Notes: generated from the letters alone by a model not told the origin. Positions 46,680 through 58,770 are shown, numbered from the stretch's first letter. The stretch is 64,000 nt of DNA from Macrostomum lignano (GCA_002269645.1 NIVC01000092.1:186001-250000), one strand, 5' to 3'. Translations and numbers: made by a program.

Positions 46680-47606
46680 ATAGCCAAGAAATCCCATCGA
46701 CTGCAGACAAATCCCATAGACTGCGGAAAAATCCCATAGACTGCGGACAAATCCCATAGAATACAGACAATAAATCCCATAGAATACAGACAATAAATCC
46801 CATAGAATACAGACAATAAATCCCATAGAATACAAACAAGAAATCCCATAGAATACAGACAATAAATCCCATAGAATACAAACAATAAATCCTATAGAAT
46901 ACAGACAATAAATCCTATAGAATACAAACAATAAATCCTATAGAATACAGACAATAATAAATCCCATAGAATACAGACAATAAATCCTATAGAATACAGA
47001 CAATAAATCCTATAGAATGCAGCCAAGAAATCCCATCGACTGCAGACAAATTCCATAGAATACAGACAAGAAATCTCATCGACTGCAGACAAATCCCATA
47101 GAATACAGACAAGAAATCCCATCGACTGCAGACAAATTCCATAGAATACAGACAAGAAATCCCATCGACTGCAGACAAATTCCATAGACTGCGGACAAGA
47201 AATCTCATCGACTGCAGACAAATCCCATAGAATACAGACAAGAAATCCCATCGACTGCAGACAAATTCCATAGACTGCGGACAAGAAATCTCATCGACTG
47301 CAGACAAATCCCATAGAATACAGACAAGAAATCCCATCGACTGCAGACAAATTCCATAGAATACAGACAAGAAATCCCATCGACTGCAGACAAATTCCAT
47401 AGACTGCGGACAAAAAATCCCATCGACTGCAGACAAATCCCATAGAATACAGCCAATAAATCCCATCGACTGCAGACAAATTCCATAGAATACAGACAAG
47501 AAATTCCATCGACTGCAGACAAATCCCATAGAATACAGACAAGAAATTCCATCGACTGCAGACAAATCCCATAGAATACAGACAAGAAATCCTATAGAAT
47601 GCAGCC
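46680..47606. repeat. Related satellite (CCATAGAATACAGACAAWAAATC / CCATCGACTGCAGACAAAT)
   Basis: Tandem 19-23 bp units; resumes briefly at 48997-49045 on the far side of the LTR element. Confidence 0.92.
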
Positions 47607-48633
47607 CAAATTCTTGCAGCACCCAAATTCTCAGATTTCTAACACTCTCCGGCTTCCGCTGCTCAAAGATCCACCTCCGGTAGCTGGCAACCATCTGCTC
47701 AGGCAACTTTTTCTGCAACCTCACATACAACATCCCATCTTGAAGCTCTGCCTCTTTACCCGCATCCTCAAGGTTAACGACAGCCACATCCAGTAGATTA
47801 GCAAAGCTTTTCAGATCCTTGGCGTTTCCATTTCGCACGATCGGGAAGCTGTCCAGCTCTTCCAAGTGCAGAGCAAGTTGCCTACGCTGTCCACCAAATT
47901 CTCTCTCTAGTCTCTCTTTTGCAGCCTCATATGCAGCAGCGGAGTGTCCTAGATGTTCTATAACCTTCAAAGCTTCACCGCTGAGGTACTGCCTAAGCTG
48001 CAGCAACTTGAATTCTGGTGTTGCAGGGGCGCTGTCGATGCACGCAACAAAGGCTGCCTTCCAGTTTTCATACTTCTGCTTTTCTCCACTAAACGTTGGG
48101 ATTTCAACACGCTTCAGCATCTTCCACAAATCCTTTGAAAGCTCCTTCGGGTTGGATCCTTTGCTGGACGCAGCACTGCCAGAAAGTTTGTCTAACTCAC
48201 CAGCTGCTTCTTCTTGGTCACCCGCAGCGTTCTCACCGCTTGAACTCGCGGCAGGAGGGGCTTCTTGGGCGCGCTGCAATCCCCGGTTTCTGGAACTTTC
48301 GACGCGCTGAATGGCAGCTTGGTAGTCGCGCTCAGTCTCCTCCATCTCTTCTAGTAGGCGTTGTCGCCTCTCGTTGTCCTTGGCGTCGGCGTAGCCTTGA
48401 TGCAGTTCTTCCTGGATGGCGCTGACCAGGTCCTGCAGGTCGGATAGAGCATCGCAGGTAGCTTGCACTTCGTCATCAGAGGCGCGCGTCTTTAGCAGCC
48501 AAGACAGCTTGTTTTTGCAACGAGTGAACGCTGCTTTTTTTCGGGATTTCTCGAAGCGCAGCTTCTCTAAACGCAGCGCGCCGGCATCGTCTTGGGCTTC
48601 CTGTTGTTGTTCATTGGCGTCGTCACTGTCCAT
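47607..48633 (-). pseudogene. BEL/Pao LTR-retrotransposon gag (DUF1759-like), 3'-truncated by satellite
   Basis: VEIPTFSGEKQKYENWKAAF...KLLQLRQYLSGEALKVIEHL...YEAAKERLEREFG is typical of BEL/Pao Gag. After RIWVLQEF the frame runs into satellite; no protease, RT or integrase follows. Confidence 0.9.
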
Positions 48634-48698
48634 CTTGGTCCTTCGTTTCACAGTAGGATTCTATTGCTTGCCACGTCAGTGGTAAGTTAGGCTTGTCC

Positions 48699-48716
48699 AA
48701 CCACGCTCTGCTACCA
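48699..48716 (-). promoter_or_regulatory. Primer-binding site complementary to the initiator tRNA-Met 3' end
   Basis: TGGTAGCAGAGCGTGGTT, 4 nt after the LTR-terminal CA; eukaryotic tRNA-iMet ends in CTCTGCTACCA. Confidence 0.8.
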
Positions 48717-48720
48717 AAAA

Positions 48721-48996
48721 TGTACTGTAGAAATGAAAAGACCGATGGTCCGCCAAACTATTTTGGAGCTGAGGCTCAAGCGAGACGCTAACAAACCGAA
48801 AAGCGTAAACTAATAAGCCCTCTCGATGATATATATATTGCAGTCAGTCAGAATCAGCCAGCGTGGAGGGGGGTGGGTGAGATGGGCCTGGGCTAAATCA
48901 GCGTACATAGAAAATTGAATAATAAACACGTACGTACATTAAATCACGCAGTGGAATTGGAAAGAAAATCAATGCTACTAATCTACCTCCCAAACA
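48721..48996 (-). mobile_element. 5' LTR (~276 bp) of the BEL/Pao element
   Basis: Minus strand begins TGTTTGGG and ends GTACA, with an internal TATATATAT. It is followed by the PBS, and satellite sequence resumes immediately at 48997. Confidence 0.75.
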
Positions 48997-49611
48997 CTGC
49001 GGACAAGAAATCCCATTGTGTGCAGACAGGAAGTCTCATCGAGTTCAAATCATCACCTCGTGCTAAAGATAAATTTACATTTGCTCTCTGGGTTTAAATG
49101 TAGATTTTAAAAACGTATTAGTCTTCTTCTGAATTCTTTCGTGGAGTATGTTTATAGCTGTAGCATAAGTCTTGACGTTATGACAGGCGCACTATAGCAG
49201 GTAATTGGTGGTACAGAGGCTGGGGGGAGCAGACAGACAGAAAGAGAGAAATTGGGGTCCTTTTTATTGGAAAGCGGAAACGGTCCTGACCCGAAATATA
49301 GTCGCGGGTTTATATAAAAAGCTCTTTCGCTTACCCTCCCCATCCGAAGCCAGACAGTCAGACAGACAGTTTTGAAATAAAAGTGCAGCGCAATATCTTT
49401 TAGTTTCGTTTGAAATTGGTCGAATTTGGCCCTGGGATTGTTGACGACCCAGGAATATTATTTAGAATGTCATTTAAAGCTAACTAGTAAATTTTTCATC
49501 ACAACTTGTATGAATTTTTTTTGATGATTGCTTTGCGAAAGCTGTGACAGCCTTACGTGTAGTTTCTGCACATTTAAATTGTTGCATTAATTAATTGATG
49601 ACGTATGTTAA

Positions 49612-50805
49612 TTTGTGCTAGCGGCTCAAAATTCTTATCTTAGTGAGAGTGTGTGCTAGCAGCTCAACATCCTTATCTCAGTGTGTGTGTGTGCTAGCAG
49701 CTCAACTTCCTTATCTCAGTGGGTGTGTGTGCTAGCAGCTCAACATCCTTATCTCAGTGGGTGTGTGTGCTAGCAGCTCAACATCCTTATCTCAGTGGGT
49801 GTGTGTGTGTGTGTGCTAGCAGCTCAACTTCCTTATCTCAGTGGGTGTGTGTGTGTGTGTGTGCTAGCAGCTCAACTTCCTTATCTCAGTGGGTGTGTGT
49901 GCTAGCAGCTCAACATCCTTATCTCAGTGGGTGTGTGTGCTAGCAGCTCAACATCCTTATCTCAGTGGGTGTGTGTGCTAGCAGCTCAACATCCTTATCT
50001 CAGTGGGTGTGTGTGCTAGCAGCTCAACATCCTTATCTCAGTGGGTGTGTGTGCTAGCAGCTCAACATCCTTATCTCAGTGGGTGTGTGCTAGCAGCTCA
50101 ACATCCTTATCTCAGTGGGTGTGTGTGTGTGTGTGCTAGCAGCTCAACTTCCTTATCTCAGTGGGTGTGTGTGCTAGCAGCTCAACTTCCTTATCTCAGT
50201 GGGTGTGTGTGCTAGCAGCTCAACATCCTTATCTCAGTGGGTGTGTGTGCTAGCAGCTCAACATCCTTATCTCAGTGGGTGTGTGTGCTAGCAGCTCAAC
50301 ATCCTTATCTCAGTGGGTGTGTGTGCTAGCAGCTCAACATCCTTATCTCAGTGGGTGTGTGTGCTAGCAGCTCAACATCCTTATCTCAGTGGGTGTGTGC
50401 TAGCAGCTCAACATCCTTATCTCAGTGGGTGTGTGTGTGTGTGTGTGCTAGCAGCTCAACTTCCTTATCTCAGTGGGTGTGTGTGTGTGTGTGCTAGCAG
50501 CTCAACTTCCTTATCTCAGTGAGTGTGTGTGCTAGCAGCTCAACATCCTTATCTCAGTGGGTGTGTGCTAGCAGCTCAAAATCCTTATCTCAGTGGGTGT
50601 GTGCTAGCAGCTCAACATCCTTATCTCAGTGGGTGTGTGTGTGTGTGTGTGCTAGCAGCTCAACTTCCTTATCTCAGTGGGTGTGTGTGTGTGTGTGCTA
50701 GCAGCTCAACTTCCTTATCTCAGTGAGTGTGTGTGCTAGCAGCTCAACATCCTTATCTCAGTGGGTGTGTGCTAGCAGCTCAAAATCCTTATCTCAGTGG
50801 GTGTG
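49612..50805. repeat. Compound minisatellite GCTAGCAGCTCAACWTCCTTATCTCAGTGG + variable (GT)n, upstream of Sos
   Basis: Constant ~30-bp unit separated by (GT)3-9 tracts. Confidence 0.95.
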
Positions 50806-51006
50806 TTTAACATCAAACTTTTTAAACAAACTTCATTTATTATAAACTATAATGCGTTAAAAGCGAAGGACACGGACAAGAAGGCTTTCAAAACACGCAT
50901 TGCAGCGGTCAACGATCGAAGCAACGACAATAGCAGTGGCAATAGCAGCAACTTTACGCTCGTCCTCAAGAAGTAGCAGCCGGCAGCAGCAGCAGCAGCA
51001 GCCAGT

Positions 51007-51153
51007 ATGAGCATCGGCGGAGGCGGCGGCGGTGGCGGCCGGTACCAGTCGCAGCTGTCGCTGGCTGTCGCCTCCGCCGCCGCGACCGATGCGATTCGCA
51101 AACAGCTCCGGGGACGTCTGAAGGCCGCGTTGTGTCGCCTGTTTAAGGAGAAG
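51007..51153 (+). CDS. Sos: Son of sevenless (Ras/Rac GEF), exon 1, histone-fold domain start
   Basis: ATG 51007 ...KQLRGRLKAALCRLFKEK (compare SOS1 KWRGLLVPALKKV). Donor AAG|GTGCGG; the true start codon is not certain. Confidence 0.65.
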
Positions 51154-51159
51154 GTGCGG

Positions 51160-52375
51160 CTGGCATCTCAGTGTCTCAACTGACATCCCAGTGTCTCAGC
51201 TGGCATCTCAGTGTCTCAACTGACATCTCAGTGTCTCAGCTGACATCCAAGTTTCTCAGCTGACATCTCAGTGTCTCAGCTGACATCCAAGTTTCTCAGC
51301 TGGCATCTCAGTGTCTCAGCTGACATCCAAGTGTCCCAGCTGACATCCAAGTGTCTCAGCTGACATCCAAGTGTCTCAGCTGACATCTCAGTGTCTCAGC
51401 TCACATCTCAGTGTCTCAGCTGACATCTCAGTGTCTCAGCTGACATCTCAGTGTCTCAGCTGACATCCAAGTTTCTCAGCTGGCATCTCAGTGTCTTAGC
51501 TGACGTCCAAGTTTCTCAGCTGGCATCTCAGTGTCTTAGCTGACATCTCAGTGTCTCAGCTCACATCTCAGTGTCTCAGCTGACATCTCAGTGTCTCAGC
51601 TGACATCTTAGTGTCTCAGCTGACATCTCAGTGTCTCAGCTGGCATCTCAGTGTCTCAGCTGACATCTCAGTGTCTCAGCTGACATCTCAGTGTCTCAGC
51701 TGACATCTCAGTGTCTCAGCTGACATCTCAGTGTCTCAGCTGACATCCAAGTTTCTCAGCTGGCATCTCAGTGTCTTAGCTGACGTCCAAGTGTCTCAGC
51801 TGACATCTCAGTGTCTCAGCTCACATTTCAGTGTCTCAGCTGACATCCCAGTGTCTCAGCTGACATCCAAGTGTCTCAGCTGGCATCTCAGTGTCTTAGC
51901 TGACGTCCAAGTGTCCCAGCTGACATCTCAGTGTCCCAACTGACATCTCAGTGTCTCAGCTGTTATCTCAGTGTCTCAGCTGACATCCAAGTGTCTCAGC
52001 TGACATCTCAGTATCTTAGCTGACATCTCAGTGTCTCAGCTGACATCTCAGTGTCTCAGCTGACATCTCAGTGTCTCAGCTGGCATCTGAGTGTCTCAGC
52101 TGACATCTCAGTGACTCAGCTGATATCCAAGTTTCTCAGCTGGCATCTCAGTGTCTCAGCTGGCATCTGAGTGTCTCAGCTGACATCTCAGTGACTCAGC
52201 TGATATCCAAGTTTCTCAGCTGGCATCTCAGTGTCTTAGCTGACGTCCAAGTGTCCCAGCTGACATCCAAGTGTCCCAGCTGACATCCAAGTGTCCCAGC
52301 TGACATCTAAGTGTCTCAGCTGACATCTCAGTGTCTCAAATGACATCTCAGTGTCTTAAATGACATCCAAGTGTC
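51160..52375. repeat. 20-bp minisatellite GTGTCTCAGCTGACATCTCA, Sos intron 1
   Basis: Direct reading. Confidence 0.97.
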
Positions 52376-52483
52376 TCGTTTTCTGACATCCCATGCTCTT
52401 GTCTGACATTCTGTTCAGTAAACTAGCTCGTAAACTGGCATATTAATAATGCTTGATTTCGCAACCGCACCCGTCTCTGACAG

Positions 52484-52636
52484 GTCCCAGGCAACGATTC
52501 GGGTTCCTGCTCAGTTTACTCCATAGCTAAGGATGCCCTGGACTACCTGGAAAATTACCTTATTGAGCGGTTTTCCGTGCTTTGCGAATCGCCTTTGCCA
52601 GCCACTGCGATGGAAGCTGAAGATCGTTTAGTTCAG
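52484..52636 (+). CDS. Sos: Sos exon 2 (histone-fold)
   Basis: CAG|GTC...DALDYLENYL (SOS1 DALQYVEELI)...CAG|GTAGGG; 51 codons. Confidence 0.8.
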
Positions 52637-52689
52637 GTAGGGTGTGATTCGCAATCTGTTTTGTATATTTTCTATACATATCGGCAATA

Positions 52690-52905
52690 TGACATCTCAA
52701 GGCTGACATCCAAATGTCTCATGTGACATTCCAATCCTCATCTGACATCCCGGAATGTCTCATCTGACATAATCTGACATCCCGGAATGTCTCATCTGAC
52801 ATAATATGACATCCCGGAATGTCCCATCTGACATCCCGGAATGTCTCATCTGACATCCCAATGTCTCATCTGACATCCGGAATGTCTCATCTGACATCCC
52901 AATGT
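52690..52905. repeat. ATCTGACATCCCGGAATGTCTC repeat, Sos intron 2
   Basis: Degenerate tandem units. Confidence 0.85.
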
Positions 52906-53035
52906 CTCAGCCTAAACTATACAATCGTAAATTTTTATTAACCGCAGTACCCTTTTGCAAACAAACTTTCGATACATATCGGCTGAAAATTCGACTTGTA
53001 CATAAACGGCTCTGCTATTGCGCAATTATTTGCAG

Positions 53036-53284
53036 CTGTTCGCCAGCTGCAACCTGCACTCGGACTCAGTCAGGGACATGCGCGAGCTGGCTGTCCGAAA
53101 GAAACGCAAAGCGGCCATCGCCCTATTCGAATGTGTACACCGGGTGCTGCCCCGGACTGCCGACGAGTCTGTCTGCCTGTTCACCGCTTTGGTCATGGAG
53201 CACGTGGTCTGCGAGATAATGCGCCTGTCAATCACCTACATGAAGAAGATTAAGATTTATGAGTTGAAGAAAGTCGATATTAAG
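53036..53284 (+). CDS. Sos: Sos exon 3 (histone-fold)
   Basis: RKKRK...ALVMEHVVCEIMRL...ELKKVDIK (SOS1 AVLEYISADILKL...EITKQDIK); AG/GT boundaries, phase 0. Confidence 0.85.
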
Positions 53285-53349
53285 GTATGCGGTGATTCTT
53301 ATTGCTATTCGGGTCATTATGTACTTTTTTGAACTGCAATGTTAAACCA

Positions 53350-54412
53350 TATAAGGTCATAAAAGCTTCTATAGTCAGTAGTATGTCATATAAGCTTCTA
53401 TAGTCAGTAGTATGTCATATAAGCATGTATCTAGTCAGTGGTCTTATTAAGTCATATGAGCTTCTATAGAATCAGTAGTATGTCATATAAGCTTCTATAG
53501 AATCAGTAGTGTGTCATATAAGCTTCTACAGAGTCAGTAGTATGTCATATAAGCTTCTACAGAGTCAGTAGTATGTCATATAAGCTTCTACAGAGTCAGT
53601 AGTATGTCATATAAGCTTCTACAGAGTCAGTAGTATGTCATATAAGCTTCTACAGAGTCAGTAGTATGTCATATAAGCATGTATCTAGTCAGTGGTCTTA
53701 TTAGGTCATATAAGCTTCTACAGAGTCAGTAGTATGTCATATAAGCTTCTATAGAATCAGTAGTGTGTCATATAAGCTTCTACAGAGTCAGTAGTATGTC
53801 ATATAAGCTTCTACAGAGTCAGTAGTATGTCATATAAGCTTCTACAGAGTCAGTAGTATGTCATATAAGCTTCTACAGAGTCAGTAGTATGTCATATAAG
53901 CTTCTACAGAGTCAGTAGTATGTCATATAAGCATGTATCTAGTCAGTGGTCTTATTAGGTCATATAAGCTTCTACAGAGTCAGTAGTATGTCATATAAGC
54001 TTACAGAGTCAGTAGTATGTCATATAAGCTTCTACAGAGTCAGTAGTATGTCATATAAGCTTCTACAGAGTCAGTAGTATGTCATATAAGCTTCTACAGA
54101 GTCAGTAGTATGTCATATAAGCTTCTACAGAGTCAGTAGTATGTCATATAAGCTTCTACAGAGTCAGTAGTATGTCATATAAGCTTCTACAGAGTCAGTA
54201 GTATGTCATATAAGCATGTATCTAGTCAGTGGTCTTATTAGGTCATATAAGCTTCTACAGAGTCAGTAGTATGTCATATAAGCTTCTACAGAGTCAGTAG
54301 TATGTCATATAAGCTTCTACAGAGTCAGTAGTAAGTCATATAAGCATGTATCTAGTCAGTGGTCTTATTAAGTCATATAAGCTTATACAGAGTCAGTAGT
54401 ATGTCATATGAG
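53350..54412. repeat. 31-bp minisatellite GTCATATAAGCTTCTACAGAGTCAGTAGTAT, Sos intron 3
   Basis: Direct reading, with a periodic variant block GCATGTATCTAGTCAGTGGTCTTATTA. Confidence 0.97.
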
Positions 54413-54458
54413 CAGCTAGAAACGAAATAAACACAGACTCCGACTTACTCTGTCACAG

Positions 54459-54851
54459 ATTGTTGTGGACACGTTCTTCTCTGCTTCATTGTCAACTGCT
54501 CAGCAACAGCACCAGCAGCAACATCAACAATTAATCGATGCGGAGTACGAATGGTCACTGCCGAAAGAATGTCGCCAGGGTGTCAACGAATTGCTGTACC
54601 TTGAAGAGACATTTTCTAAGCAATTACAGATTGTCTGTCAGCTGTTTAAACAGCCGCTAGTTGAGTTGAATTCGAGTTCGCCAGATATTGATACGGTGTT
54701 CAGCGCTATTAGCCAGGTATCTGAGTGCTCAGGCTTGCTGTTCGTGGCTCTGGATGACAGTCGAAATGTCACCGACAAGCCGCCCATTGGGCACTGCTTC
54801 TATGAGCTGGCTGAGGAGGGCAACTTTGATAGCTTTGCCAAGTATGCTCAG
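54459..54851 (+). CDS. Sos: Sos exon 4 (DH domain)
   Basis: ELLYLEETFSKQLQIVCQLFKQPL...PIGHCFYELAEEGNFDSFAKYAQ; donor CAG|GTGGGT. Confidence 0.88.
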
Positions 54852-54944
54852 GTGGGTAATGCTTGTTGCACAACTGTCTGTGTCTATTTCCTTTATAATA
54901 TTATGAAAAGTCTACTGTTATTGTTTGGGAATCACCAAAGAATC

Positions 54945-55322
54945 TTTGGGAATCGGCAATCGCCCCTCAGCCTGCCATTCAGAATCGCCCCTTAGCCTGC
55001 CACTGCCATTCGGAATCGCCCCTCAGCCTGCCATTCGGAATCGCCCCTTAGCCTGCCATTCGGAATCGCCCCTTAGCCTGCCACTGCCATTCGGAATCGC
55101 CCCTCAGCCTGCCATTCGGAATCGCCCCTTAGCCTGCCACTGCCATTAGGAATCGCCCCCTGACAGTCTTGAAAATCGCCCCCTGACAGTCTGAGGAATC
55201 GCCCCCTGACAGTCTTAAGAATCGCCCCCTGACAGTCTTAAGAATCGCCCCCTGACAGTCTGAAGAATCGCCTCCCTGACAGTCTTGAAAATCGCCCCCG
55301 ACAGTCTTATCAATCGCCCCTG
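54945..55322. repeat. GAATCGCCCC-core minisatellite, Sos intron 4
   Basis: Two successive unit types sharing AATCGCCCC. Confidence 0.9.
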
Positions 55323-55347
55323 ACCATGACCGGTCCCATCCCTCCAG

Positions 55348-56446
55348 GACATCTTGAACCCACGCTGTACGGAGCGCCTGCTGAGCCTACTCAGCAATCG
55401 AGCAGTGCAGAAGAAATACGAATCCCTCGGCCGCACGGTGGAGCAGCGCTGCCTGAGTCGTCTAGCGGCCACTGCCTTGCAATCGCAGAATCACCGTCGT
55501 AGGCAACAGCATCAGCAGCTGCCTCAGCACTATCTGTTCTCGTCTTTAGATCTAGTCAGTGTGTCCGCCGCATCTGGCGGTACAGCTTCCTCGCCTCGCG
55601 ATGCGACTTCCGGCGCCGCCATCGACCAGCCCGACGTCGGTGACGAACCGACACAGCCGCCGCCGCCGTTGTCTGCATCATCTGGCGAGACCAGAAACTG
55701 CCTGCTGCTTGCCTGCCGCTACCTGCTGCCAAGCCTGCTATTGGTGCCCATCGGGCATTTCCTCTACTACGATCGGATACTTGCTCACTTTGAGCAGCTG
55801 CGCGATCAACAAATCTCCGACTCGTCCGATCCTGTCGATGCGACTTCGTCTTCGACAATGATTGGCAGCCTTGGCAGCAGCGAGGACGCTTCGTCAGCCG
55901 AGGATCGCGACGCTATCAAACAGTGCCGATCAATACTGGTGTCCACTAGGCACAAGATTGACACGGTGCTGCTTGAACTCGAGCGATCTCTGACGGCTGT
56001 TGGCGGCACTGAATCTGCGGCCACAGACGGCTGGTGCCGACCGCTGAGTCCGCTGGCCTCCAGGCTGTTCTTTCACAACTCGGTTCGCTCACCGGATGCC
56101 GACCATCCTGACCGGCACTGCGCCAAGAAGCTGGACCAGCTGCGCCAGGCAACGAAATCCGCAGCCGAGATTGACGCCAGACCGAAGTGCTGCGTGTTCT
56201 ATCGCGACGCCAGCCTGTGGCATCTCGAACAGCGGGGCGGCCGGTTTCGCGAGAGGCGCGTCTGCTTATTTAATAATCGGCTGTTCGTGCTGAAGGCGTG
56301 CAGCAAGACGCTGGCTCTGCGCGGCAGCGGCGAGGAATTCAAATTGAAGCGGGTTGTACACCTAACCCAGTACCGCTTCTGTGTGCTGGATCTGGCCGCT
56401 GATGCTGCCGCGGCTGCTGATGGAGCCGCCGCTGGGACCGATGATG
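55348..56446 (+). CDS. Sos: Sos exon 5 (DH end with low-complexity insertions, PH start)
   Basis: CAG|GAC DILNP; YLLPSLLLVPIGHFLYY; ERRVCLFNNRLFVLK...EEFKLK. Donor G|GTGCGT is in phase with exon 6. Confidence 0.85.
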
Positions 56447-56544
56447 GTGCGTGGGCGGTCTGAGACTTGCTGATCTTGGGTCTGTAATAGATATTGTCAG
56501 TCAATAGACTGCCTATAGATTTTGAATTTATAGATCTTGGGAGT

Positions 56545-56930
56545 CTATAGATCTCATGGGTCTGTAGATCTCATGGGTCTGTAGATCTCATGGGTCTGTA
56601 GATCTCATGGGTCTGTAGATCTCATGGGTCTGTAGATCTCATGGGTCTGTAGATCTCATGGGTCTGTAGATCTCATGGGTCTGTAGATCTCATGGGTCTG
56701 TAGATCTAATGGGTCTGTAGATCTAATGGGTCTGTAGATCTAATGGGTCTGTAGATCTCATGGGTCTGTAGATCTAATGGGTCTGTAGATCTCATATGTC
56801 TGTAGATCTCATGGGTCTGTAGATCTAATGGGTCTGTAGATCTCATGGGTCTGTAGATCTCATGGGTCTGTAGATCTCATGGGTTTGTAGATCTCATGGG
56901 TCTGTAGATCTCATGGGTCTGTAGATCTGT
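56545..56930. repeat. 17-bp minisatellite CTCATGGGTCTGTAGAT, Sos intron 5
   Basis: Direct reading. Confidence 0.95.
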
Positions 56931-57525
56931 AGGTCTATAGGTCTATAGATTGGGACTATGGGACTCTATATTGGGACTTTGGGACTATGGGACTCTAGAT
57001 TGAGTTTTTTGCTGCTTCTCGAAGCAAAGCAAATTTCTACGCTCTGTAAAGTGCAGTGCAGAGGACAGCCAAGCCAACAGACACAGTCGCTGGCCGGCCC
57101 TCAAGTGTTATCTGATGCCCTTTATCTTTAAATAATTTTGTTTGTGCGCGTCTGACTGGGCACCGAGGCTGCATGGCTTCGCTGCCCATTCTTATTTGCA
57201 TAAACCCAGCCAACTGTTTCTAAACTGGCTGAAAATAAGTTTTTTATCACATGCTTCTGTGTGTACGGATTGGTTTGTTTATATTCTCGTAATAATAAAT
57301 TTAATAACATCCCAGACTGTCTGCCTGTCTGATAACAGAATCTCTCTGGCGGATTTCTAGCGAGATTTCTAAGAAACGCTGGCCATTCGGAAAAAGAATT
57401 CATGATATTTTCTACAAAGATTCGAACTCCGGACCTCACTTCTGGAAAATTTTCCCAAATTTCTTCTATATTTAAATTACTTATGCGCATTGCATACTAC
57501 TACATACTACTTGCATTGCGCACAG

Positions 57526-57682
57526 AACTGCACACTTTCGCTATCGAGTACCTGGCGCCTGCGGAGTCCGGCGATTCGGCTGGCCTGGCTGCGCCCACTA
57601 GGCAGCGGGCCGTGTTCGGGACTAAGAGTGCGGCGGAGAAGGACGACTGGATGCTCATCCTGGTCTACCTGCAGTGCTACCA
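57526..57682 (+). CDS. Sos: Sos exon 6 (PH end)
   Basis: ELHTFAIEYL...AVFGTKSAAEKDDWMLILVYLQCY (SOS1 [21 protein letters not shown]); donor CA|GTGAGC. Confidence 0.88.
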
Positions 57683-57704
57683 GTGAGCGCGTCTTGGTGT
57701 TGAG

Positions 57705-57756
<52 letters not shown>

Positions 57757-57798
57757 GCCTGTCCGTCTGTCTGTCTGTCTGTCTGTCTGTGCCTGTCC

Positions 57799-57854
<56 letters not shown>

Positions 57855-57893
57855 GTCTTAGTGTCTGTCTGTCTGTCTGTCTATCTGTCTTAG

Positions 57894-57928
<35 letters not shown>

Positions 57929-57982
57929 GCCTGTCCGTCTGTCTGTCTGTCTGTCTGTCTGTCTGTGCCTGTCCGTCTGTCC

Positions 57983-58022
<40 letters not shown>

Positions 58023-58047
58023 GCCTGCCTGTCTGTCTGTCTGTCTA

Positions 58048-58122
<75 letters not shown>

Positions 58123-58153
58123 GTCTTAGTGTCTGTCTTAGTGTCTGTCTTAG

Positions 58154-58200
<47 letters not shown>

Positions 58201-58212
58201 GTCTGTCTGTCT
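57705..58212. repeat. (CTGT)n microsatellite, Sos intron 6
   Basis: Direct reading. Confidence 0.97.
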
Positions 58213-58289
58213 AAATGTGTCTGTCCTACTTTCTCAGCCCATGATGCCAATATATGCCATAGCCACCCCACTGTCTTAACCGCCCGCAG

Positions 58290-58370
58290 CATGTTTGAAG
58301 ACTACCTATTCCACGGTGTTAACAGCAAGCCAGAGGAAGTCTGCTTTCCGATCGATGCTCACGGCTACGA
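58290..58370 (+). CDS. Sos: Sos exon 7 (PH-REM linker)
   Basis: Acceptor CCCGCAG|C, donor GA|GTGAGT; 81 nt keeps the frame. Confidence 0.75.
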
Positions 58371-58469
58371 GTGAGTTTTAATAAGCTTTTTGCCGTAAAA
58401 TTTGTTTTATAAATTGTCGCTGGTTTTATCCTTTACTTCTGACAAAAATCCCATATACGAGCTACATCG

Positions 58470-58770
58470 CAGCGACGGATTCCTAACATCATAGCAACGA
58501 ATCCCTACGCCAGAGCAACGAATCCCTTCGCCATAGCAACGAATCCCTACGCCATAGCAACAAATCCCTACATCATAGCAACGGATCCCTACGCCATAGC
58601 AACAAATCCCTACATCATAGCAACGGATCCCTACGTCATAGCAACGAATCTCCACACCATAGCAACTGATCCCTACACCAAAGCAACGAATCTCTACGCC
58701 ATGCAACGAATCCCTACACCATAGCAACGGATCCCTACACCATATCATCGGATCCCTACACCCTACAGCA
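58470..58770. repeat. 21-bp minisatellite CATAGCAACGAATCCCTACRC, Sos intron 7
   Basis: Direct reading. Confidence 0.9.

Noticed and set aside
49612-50805. CRISPR-like repeat-spacer appearance
   Set aside because: The spacers are just (GT)n tracts, the context is eukaryotic, and there are no cas genes.
50847-51186. Alternative ORFs over the Sos 5' end
   Set aside because: GC-rich trinucleotide-like sequence; the frame starting at 51007 splices in phase to recognisable Sos exons.
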